A stretch of 64,000 bases of DNA from Minisyncoccota bacterium (GTDB lineage: Bacteria; Patescibacteriota; Minisyncoccia; Phycocordibacterales; UBA9973): positions 1,349 through 65,348 of the forward strand of contig JBAYLA010000002.1 in the NCBI GenBank assembly GCA_041664285.1. The letters run 5' to 3'. The position numbers and the translations under genes are program-made. Positions 38,878 through 48,745 of this stretch are shown here, one piece after another (the stretch's first letter is position 1; the number at the start of each line of letters is the position of its first letter). The notes below the pieces were generated by a model. That model had not been told where the DNA came from. It worked only from the letters and a program-made list of their open reading frames with translations, and made no database searches.

Positions 38878-38973
38878 CGCTCGAGATGCGTCGTTTTGAT
38901 ATAATAAAATAGAGCAGGGAAGCTTTACCGGGTAAGGAATTGTACAGTTCTATCACGAGGATGTCAGCAAAGT
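38878..38973 (+). repeat. ~95-bp repeat unit R4 (second copy of R1, degenerate 3' end)
   Basis: GCGTCGTTTTG.TATAATAAAATAGAGCAGGGAAGCTTTAC.GGGTAA.GAATTGTAC.GTTCT.TCACGAG shared with R1. Confidence 0.9.
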
Positions 38974-39030
38974 ATTAAAACTGTTATTTTAAAGTTGCAA
39001 ATAGACTTAAAGGTTGTAGTATTATAATAC

Positions 39031-39846
39031 ATGGTCAAAACATTAATTCTAAATGATGTTAAAAAGACTTTTGACGTTGGAAAACCGTTTGAAGTGTTAA
39101 AGAATATTACTCTAGATGTGAATGAAGGAGATTTTGTTTCCATAGTTGGACCAAGTGGTTGTGGAAAATCAGTTCTTCTTTATTTAATTGCTGGTTTTAT
39201 AGAAAAAACATCTGGACAAGTTTTAATTAATAATAATTCTATTGTTCGGCCCGGTACTGATAGAATGATGGTTTTCCAGGACTACGTGCTACTTCCATGG
39301 AAAAGCGTTTATGATAATGTTCTCTTCAGTTTAGAAAAAAGCGATTTAAGCGATAAAGAAAAAAAGGAGCTTACAACAAAATATATTGACTTAGTAGGAC
39401 TTACTCAATTTAAAAATTGGCATATTCACAGACTCTCTGGAGGGATGAAACAAAAAGTTGCTATCGCCCGAGCGTTGATTGTAAATTCAAAAATTCTGCT
39501 TATGGATGAGCCTTTTTCCGCACTGGATCCACAGCAACGTAAATATTTGCGAAAAAGTCTTTTAGAGATATGTGAAAAGACAAAAAAAACAGTATTATTT
39601 GTTACACATAGTGTAAGTGAGGCTTTATATCTTTCAAACAAAATATATGTAATGAGTTCATGTCCGGCAGTAATTAAAAATCGTTATGACATTAATATAC
39701 CACATCCACGACATTCTTCAGATCCACAATATGTTCGTTTTAAAGAAAAAATTGAAGAAGATTTATTTCAAGAGTTTGAAAAAACACTACTAAATCAAAG
39801 AGAGGAAACATTAATTGATTTAATATTAAAAACAGAAGTGATATGA
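39031..39846 (+). CDS. ABC transporter ATP-binding protein, NitT/TauT (SsuB-like)
   Basis: GPSGCGKS, LSGGMKQ, LLMDEPFSALD, FVTH. Confidence 0.93.
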   Translation: MVKTLILNDVKKTFDVGKPFEVLKNITLDVNEGDFVSIVGPSGCGKSVLLYLIAGFIEKTSGQVLINNNSIVRPGTDRMMVFQDYVLLPWKSVYDNVLFSLEKSDLSDKEKKELTTKYIDLVGLTQFKNWHIHRLSGGMKQKVAIARALIVNSKILLMDEPFSALDPQQRKYLRKSLLEICEKTKKTVLFVTHSVSEALYLSNKIYVMSSCPAVIKNRYDINIPHPRHSSDPQYVRFKEKIEEDLFQEFEKTLLNQREETLIDLILKTEVI

Positions 39847-40880
39847 GTAAATCTAAAAAAAGTTTAATTATAGTCATCAGTATATTTCTTGCCTTATGTT
39901 TTATTTTTTTTCTATATATAACATTTGAACAGGAATTTAAAAAAGATGAGTTTCTTAAAATAGGATATGCTGGTCATAGTCTCAATTACGGATCAGTAAT
40001 GGTGGCATACGAGGGGGATTTTTTTAATAAGCATGGAGTATCAACCAAGCTAGTATCTTTTAAATCTGGTTCAGAAATAGGCCTTGCACTTGCAACGGGG
40101 AAAATTGATGTGGCCCTTCTTAGTATTTCTAGCGCTCTGATCACTATTGATGCTGGAGCTCCAATTAAAATAATAGGCCCAACAGCAAGAGCATCTACTG
40201 TTGTATTTGTAAGACCGAACGACTCTATCCAGTCATTTAGTGATCTGCGCGGGAAAAAGATTGAGGGTGGAGGGACAGGTACTTCAAAACTCGAGTTTCT
40301 TCGTGCAGCGTCTAAAGAAGGGTTAAAAGAATCTGATTTTACGTTTGTAGATGTTGACAAAGATTATAAAGAGATTGCTCTTTTACAAAAAAAAATAATT
40401 GATGCAATACCAACTAGTAAATATAACGCTGATTCTTTAATCAAAGCAGGGGCAATTCCATTAAAAGAATGGGAAGAAAAGAGATATGACAGAGTCTTTA
40501 ATGCGCACACATATATGGTGGTAAACACAAAATACGCACAAAACCATGAAGCAGAGATAGAAAAAGTTATAGATTCGATAATTGACGCACAGAGTTTTAT
40601 TGCCAAGGATCCTCAGAATGCGGCACCACTTGTAGTTCGAAATATTCAAAACGCAACCGATGGCGTTGCAAATTTTACTACTTCACAAGTATTGGAAAAT
40701 TGGCAAAAAAGTATTCGGTATATTGTGTGGTCAGATCCAAATGAAGTTATTGATATAGTAAATTTTTTACGTGCATCAAAAGGAATTAAAAATACACTTA
40801 CTCTTGATCAGATATTTGATTTACATTTTTTATCAAAACTAGAAAAAATGCAAAAAATAATATATGGCTCGGAAAATTAA
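39843..40880 (+). CDS. ABC transporter substrate-binding protein, NitT/TauT (SsuA-like)
   Basis: N-terminal anchor, FNKHG, ALATGKID, SDLRGKKI; operon context. Confidence 0.88.
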   Translation: MSKSKKSLIIVISIFLALCFIFFLYITFEQEFKKDEFLKIGYAGHSLNYGSVMVAYEGDFFNKHGVSTKLVSFKSGSEIGLALATGKIDVALLSISSALITIDAGAPIKIIGPTARASTVVFVRPNDSIQSFSDLRGKKIEGGGTGTSKLEFLRAASKEGLKESDFTFVDVDKDYKEIALLQKKIIDAIPTSKYNADSLIKAGAIPLKEWEEKRYDRVFNAHTYMVVNTKYAQNHEAEIEKVIDSIIDAQSFIAKDPQNAAPLVVRNIQNATDGVANFTTSQVLENWQKSIRYIVWSDPNEVIDIVNFLRASKGIKNTLTLDQIFDLHFLSKLEKMQKIIYGSEN

Positions 40881-41643
40881 AAACATAGCGCTAGGTTCTA
40901 TTCCATTTTTAGTTGTTATTATTATCTGGTTTTTTGGTAATTATTTTTCTTTCTTTCCGAGATGGATGATACCATCACCATTTACAACCGCACAAACATT
41001 TTTTTGGCTTATCAAAGATGGTACATTGCTTCAGCTGGCGTGGGGAAGCATTCAAATCGCTTTAGTTGGTTTTGGATTTGCAACGATCGTTGCAGTTATT
41101 TTGGGAATCCTTATAGGGAGTTATCCAACAATGCGTAAAATTTTCTTTCCTTTTTTCTCTGCAGTATATATTGTTCCTTCACTAGCTTGGTTACCTGTAA
41201 TTATATTGATTTTGGGATTTACAAAAACAACAGTTATCTGTATTGTGTTCCTCTCAAGTTTTAAAAAAATAATTTATAACGTGGTAAGCGGAGTACGTAG
41301 TGTAAATATCAGCTGGATACTGGCTGGAAAAAACATTGGTTTAAATAAGTTTGAAATTACGTACAAAATTATTATTCCCGCTGCATTACCTCAAATAATT
41401 ACAGGTCTTAGAATGGGATTTGCTAGTGCTTGGAGAACTTTGATTGGAGCTGAAATGTTAGTTTCCGGAGCTGCTGGCTTGGGAAGATTTATTTGGAATG
41501 CACAATGGTTTTTGGCTTTTGATAAGGTTTTTTCTGGAATTATTATAATTGCATTAATTGGTATGCTAGCGGAACAATTTGTATTTAAACCTTTTGAGGA
41601 TAAGACATTAATAAAATGGGGTTTAGCACAAGAAGAAATATGA
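40864..41643 (+). CDS. ABC transporter permease, NitT/TauT (SsuC-like)
   Basis: VPSLAWLP, IIPAALPQIITGLR, LIGAEM. Confidence 0.92.
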   Translation: MARKIKNIALGSIPFLVVIIIWFFGNYFSFFPRWMIPSPFTTAQTFFWLIKDGTLLQLAWGSIQIALVGFGFATIVAVILGILIGSYPTMRKIFFPFFSAVYIVPSLAWLPVIILILGFTKTTVICIVFLSSFKKIIYNVVSGVRSVNISWILAGKNIGLNKFEITYKIIIPAALPQIITGLRMGFASAWRTLIGAEMLVSGAAGLGRFIWNAQWFLAFDKVFSGIIIIALIGMLAEQFVFKPFEDKTLIKWGLAQEEI

Positions 41644-41686
41644 AAATATTATCCTTATTCTTCTATAAGTTTGATATAATAAAAAT

Positions 41687-41983
41687 ATGAAAAAACCATT
41701 TTTATATGCATTGGGGGCAGCTAGCTATATTGTTGTTATAGTTTTCGTTGTAAAAGTCTTGGGTTCTGCCCTAAAGATCCAAAACGAAACTATAATTATT
41801 CCAATGACTATGTTAAGCCTATTTGTATTGTCAGCTGCAGTGATGGGATTTTTATTTTTATCTGAATCTCTATATTTACTTGTAGAGAATCGAAGAAAAG
41901 AAGCTATTATTTTCTTTGGGAAAATTGTTGGATTTTTTGCTTGCTTCGTAGTTGTTTTTACAATTTTACTTTTCTTTCTATGA
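41687..41983 (+). CDS. Hypothetical three-TM membrane protein
   Basis: TATAAT 6 nt upstream; LSLFVLSAAVMG..F. Confidence 0.75.
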   Translation: MKKPFLYALGAASYIVVIVFVVKVLGSALKIQNETIIIPMTMLSLFVLSAAVMGFLFLSESLYLLVENRRKEAIIFFGKIVGFFACFVVVFTILLFFL

Positions 41984-43074
41984 TAATTATTTTTCTCTCT
42001 GTAGTTTCTTTTGTCCTTGCTTTGACGCATTTTGTTATTTATAAAGTAATTATTTCTTTATTTTCTTTTTCTTCAGTTGAGCGAATAATTATAGGAATTA
42101 TTTTAACGATTCTTTGCCTTAGTTTTATTATTGCATCAATATTAACTTTTAATTTTAATAATTCATTTACTCGTATTTTTTATATAACTTCTGCTTCATG
42201 GCTTGGTTTTGCTTTTTACTTATTTTTATTTTCTTGTATATACATTCTAACCCTAGAAATGTTGAGACTATTTGGAGTAAATATTTCATTAAAATGGTTC
42301 GGCATTTTATGTCTTATTATTGCTATTATTATCGGAATTTATGGTCTCATTCATGCACGCTATATAAATATAAAAAACATAAATGTCGCTCTACCTAATC
42401 TTCCGGTTAGTTGGCAAGGGAAAAAAGCTGTATGGATTAGTGATTTACATTTAGGAGTTATATATGATACAAATTTTACTCAAAACATAGTAAACAAAAT
42501 AAATGAAATAAATCCAGACATCGTTTTTATTGGAGGGGATCTTTATGATGGAACAAAAGTAGATGAAATTGACATTGTAAAACCTTTTACAGGATTACAT
42601 CCGGCACTTGGTACGTATTTCATTACAGGAAATCATGAAGAATTTCGCAATAATAAAGTTTACTTGAATGCAATAAGCAGTACAGGAATTCATATTCTCG
42701 ATAATGAAATGATTATAATAGACGGAGTACAGATAATAGGTGTAAATGACAAAGACTCTACAAATGTTGCTGAGTTTAACATTATTCTTTCAAGTTTAAA
42801 TATAGATAAAAGTAAACCAATTATTCTTTTAAAGCACCAGCCTTTTCAATTAGCGCAAGCTGCACAAGCAGGCATTTCTTTCCAAATTTCGGGACATACT
42901 CATCAAGCCCAGATGTTTCCTCTTAATATATTTACAAATTTAATTTATAAGGGTTATGATTATGGTTTTCACAAAGTAGATAAAATGGACGTATTTACTT
43001 CAAACGGAGTAGGAACATGGGGGCCTCCTATGAGAGTGGGAAATAATGCTGAAATAGTTGTTTTTAATTTTTAA
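41980..43074 (+). CDS. Membrane-bound metallophosphoesterase (YkuE/YaeI-like)
   Basis: SDLH, GGDLYD, GNHE, LKHQP, SGHTH, GTWGPPMR; ATGA overlap with the upstream stop. Confidence 0.92.
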   Translation: MIIIFLSVVSFVLALTHFVIYKVIISLFSFSSVERIIIGIILTILCLSFIIASILTFNFNNSFTRIFYITSASWLGFAFYLFLFSCIYILTLEMLRLFGVNISLKWFGILCLIIAIIIGIYGLIHARYINIKNINVALPNLPVSWQGKKAVWISDLHLGVIYDTNFTQNIVNKINEINPDIVFIGGDLYDGTKVDEIDIVKPFTGLHPALGTYFITGNHEEFRNNKVYLNAISSTGIHILDNEMIIIDGVQIIGVNDKDSTNVAEFNIILSSLNIDKSKPIILLKHQPFQLAQAAQAGISFQISGHTHQAQMFPLNIFTNLIYKGYDYGFHKVDKMDVFTSNGVGTWGPPMRVGNNAEIVVFNF

Positions 43075-43111
43075 AGGGGTATAGTATAGTAAAATTTTAA
43101 TCCAATAGAAT

Positions 43112-43735
43112 ATGAAATTTTTTAAACCAAAAAGTTCAGAATTTTTTAATTTATTTAAAGAAGTAGGGAATGATTTAAGTAATATATCTACATTGTTAGT
43201 GCGGTTTTCTAAGGAATTTAAGGATTTCGAAAGATATGCGCAGGAGGCTAAAAAAATTGAACATTTAGCTGATCAAAAAACTTATCAAATAGTCGATTTA
43301 TTGAATAAAACATTTATTACTCCTTTTGACCGAGAAGATATTTACCTCTTGGCTCATGAGCTTGATGACATTATTGATTTAACTGAAAACGTAGTACATT
43401 ACATTTATCTTTATGAAATTACCAATAAAATTTCTTCTTTTGAAGAATTTTCTGATCTTATTAAGCAGGGAGCAGTTAATACAGAAAAATTAATTGTTTG
43501 CCTAGAAAAACAAAAATGTACTCCTGAACTTTATCAAATAAAAAAATTCATGCACGACTTAGAAGATCGAGGCGATGAAGCTTTTGCTAAAGCTATTTCT
43601 CAATTATTTAAGAAAGAGAAAGATCCAATCATAATAATGAAGGAAAAAGAAATCTTAGAATGCTTGGAAAATATTTTAGACAAATATCAGAAAGTGAGTG
43701 ACATTATTGAGGGAATTTTAGTTAAATCAAGTTAA
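43112..43735 (+). CDS. DUF47 phosphate transport regulator
   Basis: EHLAD, FITPFDREDI, LDDIID; upstream of Pit. Confidence 0.93.
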   Translation: MKFFKPKSSEFFNLFKEVGNDLSNISTLLVRFSKEFKDFERYAQEAKKIEHLADQKTYQIVDLLNKTFITPFDREDIYLLAHELDDIIDLTENVVHYIYLYEITNKISSFEEFSDLIKQGAVNTEKLIVCLEKQKCTPELYQIKKFMHDLEDRGDEAFAKAISQLFKKEKDPIIIMKEKEILECLENILDKYQKVSDIIEGILVKSS

Positions 43736-43741
43736 AATTTT

Positions 43742-44746
43742 ATGGTCAGTACAACTCTTCTGCTGGTGATCTTCATTATAGTTATTGCCTTAATTTTTGA
43801 TTTTACTAACGGTATCCATGATTCAGCTAATTCTATTGCTACTATTGTTTCTACTCGTGTCCTCTCTCCCAGACAAGCTGTGTGCTGGGCGGCCTTTTTT
43901 AATTTTATTGCTTTTCTAGTTTTTGGTACGGGAGTAGCGAGTACCATAGGAAAAGGTCTAATAGATTTAAAAACAGTTACTCCTTTTGTTGTCTTGGCAG
44001 GTTTATTGGGTGCTATTATTTGGAATTTAATAACTTGGTTTTTGGGTTTACCTACAAGTTCTTCTCATGCTTTAATTGGTGGTTATATTGGCGCGTCTAT
44101 TGTTAATGCAGGATTCGGGGTAATTATTTTAGGTGGTTTTATTAAAATAATTATATTTATTTTTCTAGCTCCTATTATAGGATTCCTTCTTGGTATGTTG
44201 TTTATGTATATCACTATGCGTGTTTTAGAAAAAAAACATGCTTCACCACAACCTGTAACCACCTGGTCTAAACGTATGCAACTTGTTTCTGCTGCAGCTT
44301 ATAGCCTGGGTCATGGTGGCAATGATGCACAGAAAACAATGGGCATTATCACTAGTTTGTTATTTTCTGTTGGATATATTAAAACTTTTACTATTCCACT
44401 ATGGGTTGTTTTATCTGCACAAGCAGCTATTGCGCTCGGTACTTTAATGGGGGGATGGAGGATTGTAAAAACAATGGGTCAAAAAATTGTACGATTGAAA
44501 CCGTTAGATGGTGTTTGCGCAGAAACGGCTAGTGCTATTAGTATTTTCTTAGCGACACATTTTGGTATTCCTGTTTCCACTACTCATATTATTACTGGAG
44601 CAATTTCAGGGGTAGGAGCAACAAAGAGAATGTCGTCGGTACGATGGCAAACAACTTTTCGTATTGTTTGGGCGTGGGTGTTTACTATCCCAGCAGCAGC
44701 TTTTGTCGGGGGATTCATTTTCTTTATTCTAAAATTTATATTTTAA
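43742..44746 (+). CDS. Inorganic phosphate transporter, PiT family
   Basis: NGIHDSANSIAT, PTSSSHAL, HGGNDAQK, PVSTTH. Confidence 0.95.
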   Translation: MVSTTLLLVIFIIVIALIFDFTNGIHDSANSIATIVSTRVLSPRQAVCWAAFFNFIAFLVFGTGVASTIGKGLIDLKTVTPFVVLAGLLGAIIWNLITWFLGLPTSSSHALIGGYIGASIVNAGFGVIILGGFIKIIIFIFLAPIIGFLLGMLFMYITMRVLEKKHASPQPVTTWSKRMQLVSAAAYSLGHGGNDAQKTMGIITSLLFSVGYIKTFTIPLWVVLSAQAAIALGTLMGGWRIVKTMGQKIVRLKPLDGVCAETASAISIFLATHFGIPVSTTHIITGAISGVGATKRMSSVRWQTTFRIVWAWVFTIPAAAFVGGFIFFILKFIF

Positions 44747-44752
44747 TCTTGT

Positions 44753-44781
44753 TTGACAACACACCATTTTTCTGGTAAAGT
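44753..44781 (+). promoter_or_regulatory. Sigma70-type promoter
   Basis: TTGACA, 17 bp spacer, TGg-TAAAGT. Confidence 0.7.
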
Positions 44782-44823
44782 ATTTTCGGCTATTTGTTTC
44801 TTACAAAAAAAGGAGGATACGTA

Positions 44824-45135
44824 ATGGCGACAGTTCAGCCTAAAAAGAAAAGAAAGAAAGAAAAAATGGATGTTGTGGAAGAAGGAATTATCCTTGAGCT
44901 GTTGGAACATGGAGAGAAGGCTTACTTTAATAAATGCGGGTATTTTATTAAGGGGAGCAGTGATTCTGCCTGGGTGCATTCAAAAGATGCACTTATGCTA
45001 AAAATGGAATCATTACGCCCTAAGGCTGAGTATTTATTTTTTCATCCGGCTATTTACAACTTCACAACGGGGCGGAAGAAAATAATAGGAAAACCCGACT
45101 CTTTTAATGATTTCTTCACTAAGAAAAAAATTTAA
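44824..45135 (+). CDS. Small hypothetical protein
   Basis: AAAGGAGG SD 7 nt before ATG (MATVQ); own promoter and terminator. Confidence 0.7.
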   Translation: MATVQPKKKRKKEKMDVVEEGIILELLEHGEKAYFNKCGYFIKGSSDSAWVHSKDALMLKMESLRPKAEYLFFHPAIYNFTTGRKKIIGKPDSFNDFFTKKKI

Positions 45136-45178
45136 TTAATAGAGACAAATAGCCAAAATTTGTTTCCCAAAAAATCTC

Positions 45179-45216
45179 GAAGGGCAGATTACATCATGTG
45201 TGTCTGCCTTTCTTTA
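45179..45216 (+). terminator. Intrinsic terminator
   Basis: GAAGGGCAGA...TCTGCCTTT then CTTT. Confidence 0.6.
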
Positions 45217-45317
45217 ATTTTAGTCACTATTTTTTATAAAAAGATCATTATTAGACTTTCAATAAAGTAAATAATCTAGTATAATATATCTATTAAAAGT
45301 AACGCCACAAAAATTAT

Positions 45318-45554
45318 ATGAAAAATAACAATTGTGAAAGTTGTATGATGCCTCTTAGTAAAGACCCTGGTCAAAGTGGGTCCGACCAATACTGCAGTTA
45401 TTGTTTTAAAGATGGTAAATTTACCTATGAAGGAAATGATGTAAATGAATTTAAAAAAGGTTCATATGAAGAGATGCGAAAGAAAGGCACGAATCCAATT
45501 CTAGCAAAATTCTATACTTGGATGATTGGTTTCGCTCCTAGGTGGAAAAAATAA
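45318..45554 (+). CDS. Zinc-ribbon domain protein
   Basis: CESCMMPL...YCSYCFKDG...PRWK. Confidence 0.85.
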   Translation: MKNNNCESCMMPLSKDPGQSGSDQYCSYCFKDGKFTYEGNDVNEFKKGSYEEMRKKGTNPILAKFYTWMIGFAPRWKK

Positions 45555-45557
45555 AAT

Positions 45558-46052
45558 ATGAAATTCATCAGAATATTTTTACTTATCTTAATAATCATTG
45601 GTATTTTCTTGTTGTGCACTCAACAAATTTGGGTACCGAAATTGGTTGATAGAATTCTTTCATCTGAAGCTTCAAAAAATATAATACCCGTTCCAAATAA
45701 GACAACAACAAAAGCTGATCTCATTCAAGTTGATTATCCTCAACCAAATCAAAATATTTCAAGCCCACTTGTTATAAAAGGAAAAGCACGAGGTAATTGG
45801 TTTTTTGAAGCAAGTTTTCCGGTAGTTTTGACTAATTGGGATGGATTAATAATTGCACAGGGAGTTGCCCAAGCACAAGGAGATTGGATGACAACAGAAT
45901 TTGTCCCATTTGAGGCAACCCTTACATTTGATGTAGATAAAAAAGCATATAGCAATAAAGGAGCATTAACATTACAAAAAGATAATCCATCTGGCTTGTC
46001 AGAAAAGGATGATTCAATTGAAATTCCTGTTGTATTTACTGAAGTAAAATAA
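45558..46052 (+). CDS. Gmad2 Ig-like domain membrane-anchored protein
   Basis: N-terminal TM; GKARGNWFFEASFPV, WMTTEFVPF, DNPSGL. Confidence 0.85.
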   Translation: MKFIRIFLLILIIIGIFLLCTQQIWVPKLVDRILSSEASKNIIPVPNKTTTKADLIQVDYPQPNQNISSPLVIKGKARGNWFFEASFPVVLTNWDGLIIAQGVAQAQGDWMTTEFVPFEATLTFDVDKKAYSNKGALTLQKDNPSGLSEKDDSIEIPVVFTEVK

Positions 46053-46056
46053 AAAT

Positions 46057-47145
46057 ATGTTTCCTATACACTATATTCGTAATTTTTATGGCAAGTTTGA
46101 ACGCCCAATTTCGTCTCTATCTTTGGTAGCTGGATTCGTTTTTGACGCATTAACACTCAAACGAGTAGATACTTTATGGGAAAATCTTTGGATTTTAGGA
46201 CACCTTCTTATTATTGGGATTTTTATAACCTTAATACATTTAAAAGAAAACGAAGGTGGTAATGAGAAAGATCCAAAAAAAGCCCATTTTTGGTACGTTA
46301 ATATATTGCAGTTTTTCTTTGGAGGAATTCTTTCCACTTATTTAGTTTTTTATTTTCGAAGTGCTGATATTTTTGTAACTTGGCCATTTATTGCTCTTTT
46401 AGTTGGCGCTTTTATCGCTAACGAATCTTTAAAACGACACTATATTAGGCTTAGTTTCCAAATAAGTTTATTTTTTCTTTCTGTTTATTCATTCGCAATT
46501 TTTTTAGTACCGGTAGTGTTACATAAAATTGGCGATTGGGTATTTCTACTTTCTGGATTTCTAAGCTTAATTTTTATTGTTATTTTCTTAAAGATTTTAT
46601 TTTATTTTATAAAAGATAAATTCACGGAAAGTAAAAAATTAATTATATCCTTGATTTTAGGTATTTTTATTTTAGTTAACTTTTTATATTTCACAAATTT
46701 AATTCCGCCTATTCCACTTTCTCTTAAAGATGCTGGGATGTATCATTCAATTCAAAAAAACAGAGAGGGGAATTATGACATTACTTATGAGAATTATGGA
46801 TGGAGAGGCTTTTTCAATTTATATCCAAATTTCCAACAAATTGATGGAGCTCCTGTCTATGCTTTTAGTGCTATTTTTTCTCCTAAAAATCTTAACCTTA
46901 CGATTTTGCACGAATGGCAACATTACGATGAAATACAAAAGGAATGGATAACCGAAAGGGTAATAAATTTACCTGTTATCGGTGGGCGAGATGGTGGTTT
47001 CCGTACATACTCTATGCGAATAAACTTAGCGTCTGGTAAATGGCGAGTAAATATTAAGACTGAGCAAAATCAAAATATTGGCAGTTTACGCTTTAATATA
47101 ATTCAAACAAACACCGAACCTACGCTCGCTATAGGGGTAAAATAG
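46057..47145 (+). CDS. DUF2914-like membrane protein
   Basis: Multi-TM N-terminus, IPPIPLSL, GGRDGGFRTYS, GKWRV. Confidence 0.85.
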   Translation: MFPIHYIRNFYGKFERPISSLSLVAGFVFDALTLKRVDTLWENLWILGHLLIIGIFITLIHLKENEGGNEKDPKKAHFWYVNILQFFFGGILSTYLVFYFRSADIFVTWPFIALLVGAFIANESLKRHYIRLSFQISLFFLSVYSFAIFLVPVVLHKIGDWVFLLSGFLSLIFIVIFLKILFYFIKDKFTESKKLIISLILGIFILVNFLYFTNLIPPIPLSLKDAGMYHSIQKNREGNYDITYENYGWRGFFNLYPNFQQIDGAPVYAFSAIFSPKNLNLTILHEWQHYDEIQKEWITERVINLPVIGGRDGGFRTYSMRINLASGKWRVNIKTEQNQNIGSLRFNIIQTNTEPTLAIGVK

Positions 47146-47151
47146 AGAAAA

Positions 47152-47709
47152 TTATTCATTTATTTCATTCATAATAAGGCTCTTAGCATTTTGTCCTGTA
47201 TAAAGAATCGTTTTTAAATTAGGATATTTTTTAAAATCAAGATCTTCAAAATGCTTAGCTTTATCATCAATAAATACCACTTTTTCTTCTTTATGCTTAG
47301 TGCATATTTTTTCTATTGCTTCTTTTTTACTTCCTGATACAACAATTATTTCTGAAAACAAAGAGGACACTCCTGTTCGCTCTATTTTATCTATTTGATA
47401 TTCTGCTTCACCATAACTAACAACATAACAATTTGATTTTCCAAGTTTTTTTATCCATGTAATTAATTCATTTTTAACAAAACTTTTATTTTTACCCATT
47501 ATCTCTTTATACATATTTTCATTTACGGAAAAATGAGCCAGCATTTTTTTTAATGAAAATTTATTCCATCGTTCTTTCTCAACATATTCTTTTGATAGAT
47601 TATGTGGCACACCGGCTTTTTCTAATGAGGAATATATATGTTCTCTAAAATTTTTTGGATTACAAGAAGTATTGAATAACACATCGTCAAAATCAAAAAT
47701 ATACTTCAT
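47152..47709 (-). CDS. HAD-superfamily hydrolase
   Basis: IFDFDDVLFNT motif I, VFIDD motif IV. Confidence 0.85.
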   Translation of the reverse strand: MKYIFDFDDVLFNTSCNPKNFREHIYSSLEKAGVPHNLSKEYVEKERWNKFSLKKMLAHFSVNENMYKEIMGKNKSFVKNELITWIKKLGKSNCYVVSYGEAEYQIDKIERTGVSSLFSEIIVVSGSKKEAIEKICTKHKEEKVVFIDDKAKHFEDLDFKKYPNLKTILYTGQNAKSLIMNEINE

Positions 47710-47710
47710 C

Positions 47711-48700
47711 TTATTTGTTTATTATTTTAGCTATACATTCTGCTAATTTAAGAGAATCATGACGAATAAATCCTCTTGTAACTGGAATAACATCCTCAGA
47801 ACTTTTCTTGAAAACTATATGAGATAAAAGGGGAGTTCGAACTACCCTACTATCCCTAAAATCATCTTCTATAAATACCCCTTCTCCTTCTTCTAGTTTA
47901 TATTGCTCCATTTGGGAAGAGGATGGTTCTTCGCTATTAACTAAAATAATATCAACTAACTTTCCTAGATATTTTTCTATATCATTTACATAATTACTCA
48001 CTTTCCAATCAGTGGTATGTCCTAATTTATTCGTAAGATTAATTGGTAAAATAATCTTTGCCTTACTTTCTATAACAGCTTCTTTAAAACCACTTACTAT
48101 TAGATTAGGTACAATGGAGCAAAAATAGTTTCCTGGACCAAGAATAATATAATCGGCTTTTAGAATAGCTACTTTAGCGTGTTCATTTAATAAAACTTCA
48201 TTTTTGTAAAAAATTTCTTTTATTCCTTCAGCTTGCAAATTGGCATTTTGGATATTGTCTTCTCCTTTAAATACTTTTCCATTTAAAAGTGAAGCTACTA
48301 ATTCAGCTTTGTAATTTGTTACAGGAATAACCTTTCCATTAACTTTCAAAATCTCTGATGCGATTTCTACTCCTTTTCCAAAATCCCCAGTAACTTTTTC
48401 TAAGGCTGCAAGAAAAATATTGCCAAAATTGTGCCCTTTTAAAGTTCCTTCATTGAATCGATAGTTCATTAACTTGCGAACAATATCGCTATGTTCACTT
48501 AGGGCAACCAAGCATTGCCTAACGTCTCCAGGAGGCAAGACTCCAAGTTCATCCATTAGTACCCCTGTTGAACCGCCATTATCTGACATAGAGACAAGCG
48601 CAGTCAAAGAAACATCTGGTAAATTTTTCAAACCAGATAAAACAGTATAGCTTCCTGTTCCTCCGCCTATTGTCACAATATTTTTTATCATAGGTTCCAT
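47711..48700 (-). CDS. YvcK/GlmR (UDP-GlcNAc-binding, CofD-like) protein
   Basis: IGGGTG, DNGGSTG, PPGDVR, GHNFGN, ILGPG, IRHD. Confidence 0.92.
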   Translation of the reverse strand: MEPMIKNIVTIGGGTGSYTVLSGLKNLPDVSLTALVSMSDNGGSTGVLMDELGVLPPGDVRQCLVALSEHSDIVRKLMNYRFNEGTLKGHNFGNIFLAALEKVTGDFGKGVEIASEILKVNGKVIPVTNYKAELVASLLNGKVFKGEDNIQNANLQAEGIKEIFYKNEVLLNEHAKVAILKADYIILGPGNYFCSIVPNLIVSGFKEAVIESKAKIILPINLTNKLGHTTDWKVSNYVNDIEKYLGKLVDIILVNSEEPSSSQMEQYKLEEGEGVFIEDDFRDSRVVRTPLLSHIVFKKSSEDVIPVTRGFIRHDSLKLAECIAKIINK

Positions 48701-48745
48701 TTGTAAATATTAGCCTAAATTCCATTTTTTTGCTATATTTTAACG

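Noticed and set aside
36093-38973. CRISPR array
   Set aside because: Repeats are degenerate, of unequal length and separated by whole genes; no cas genes.
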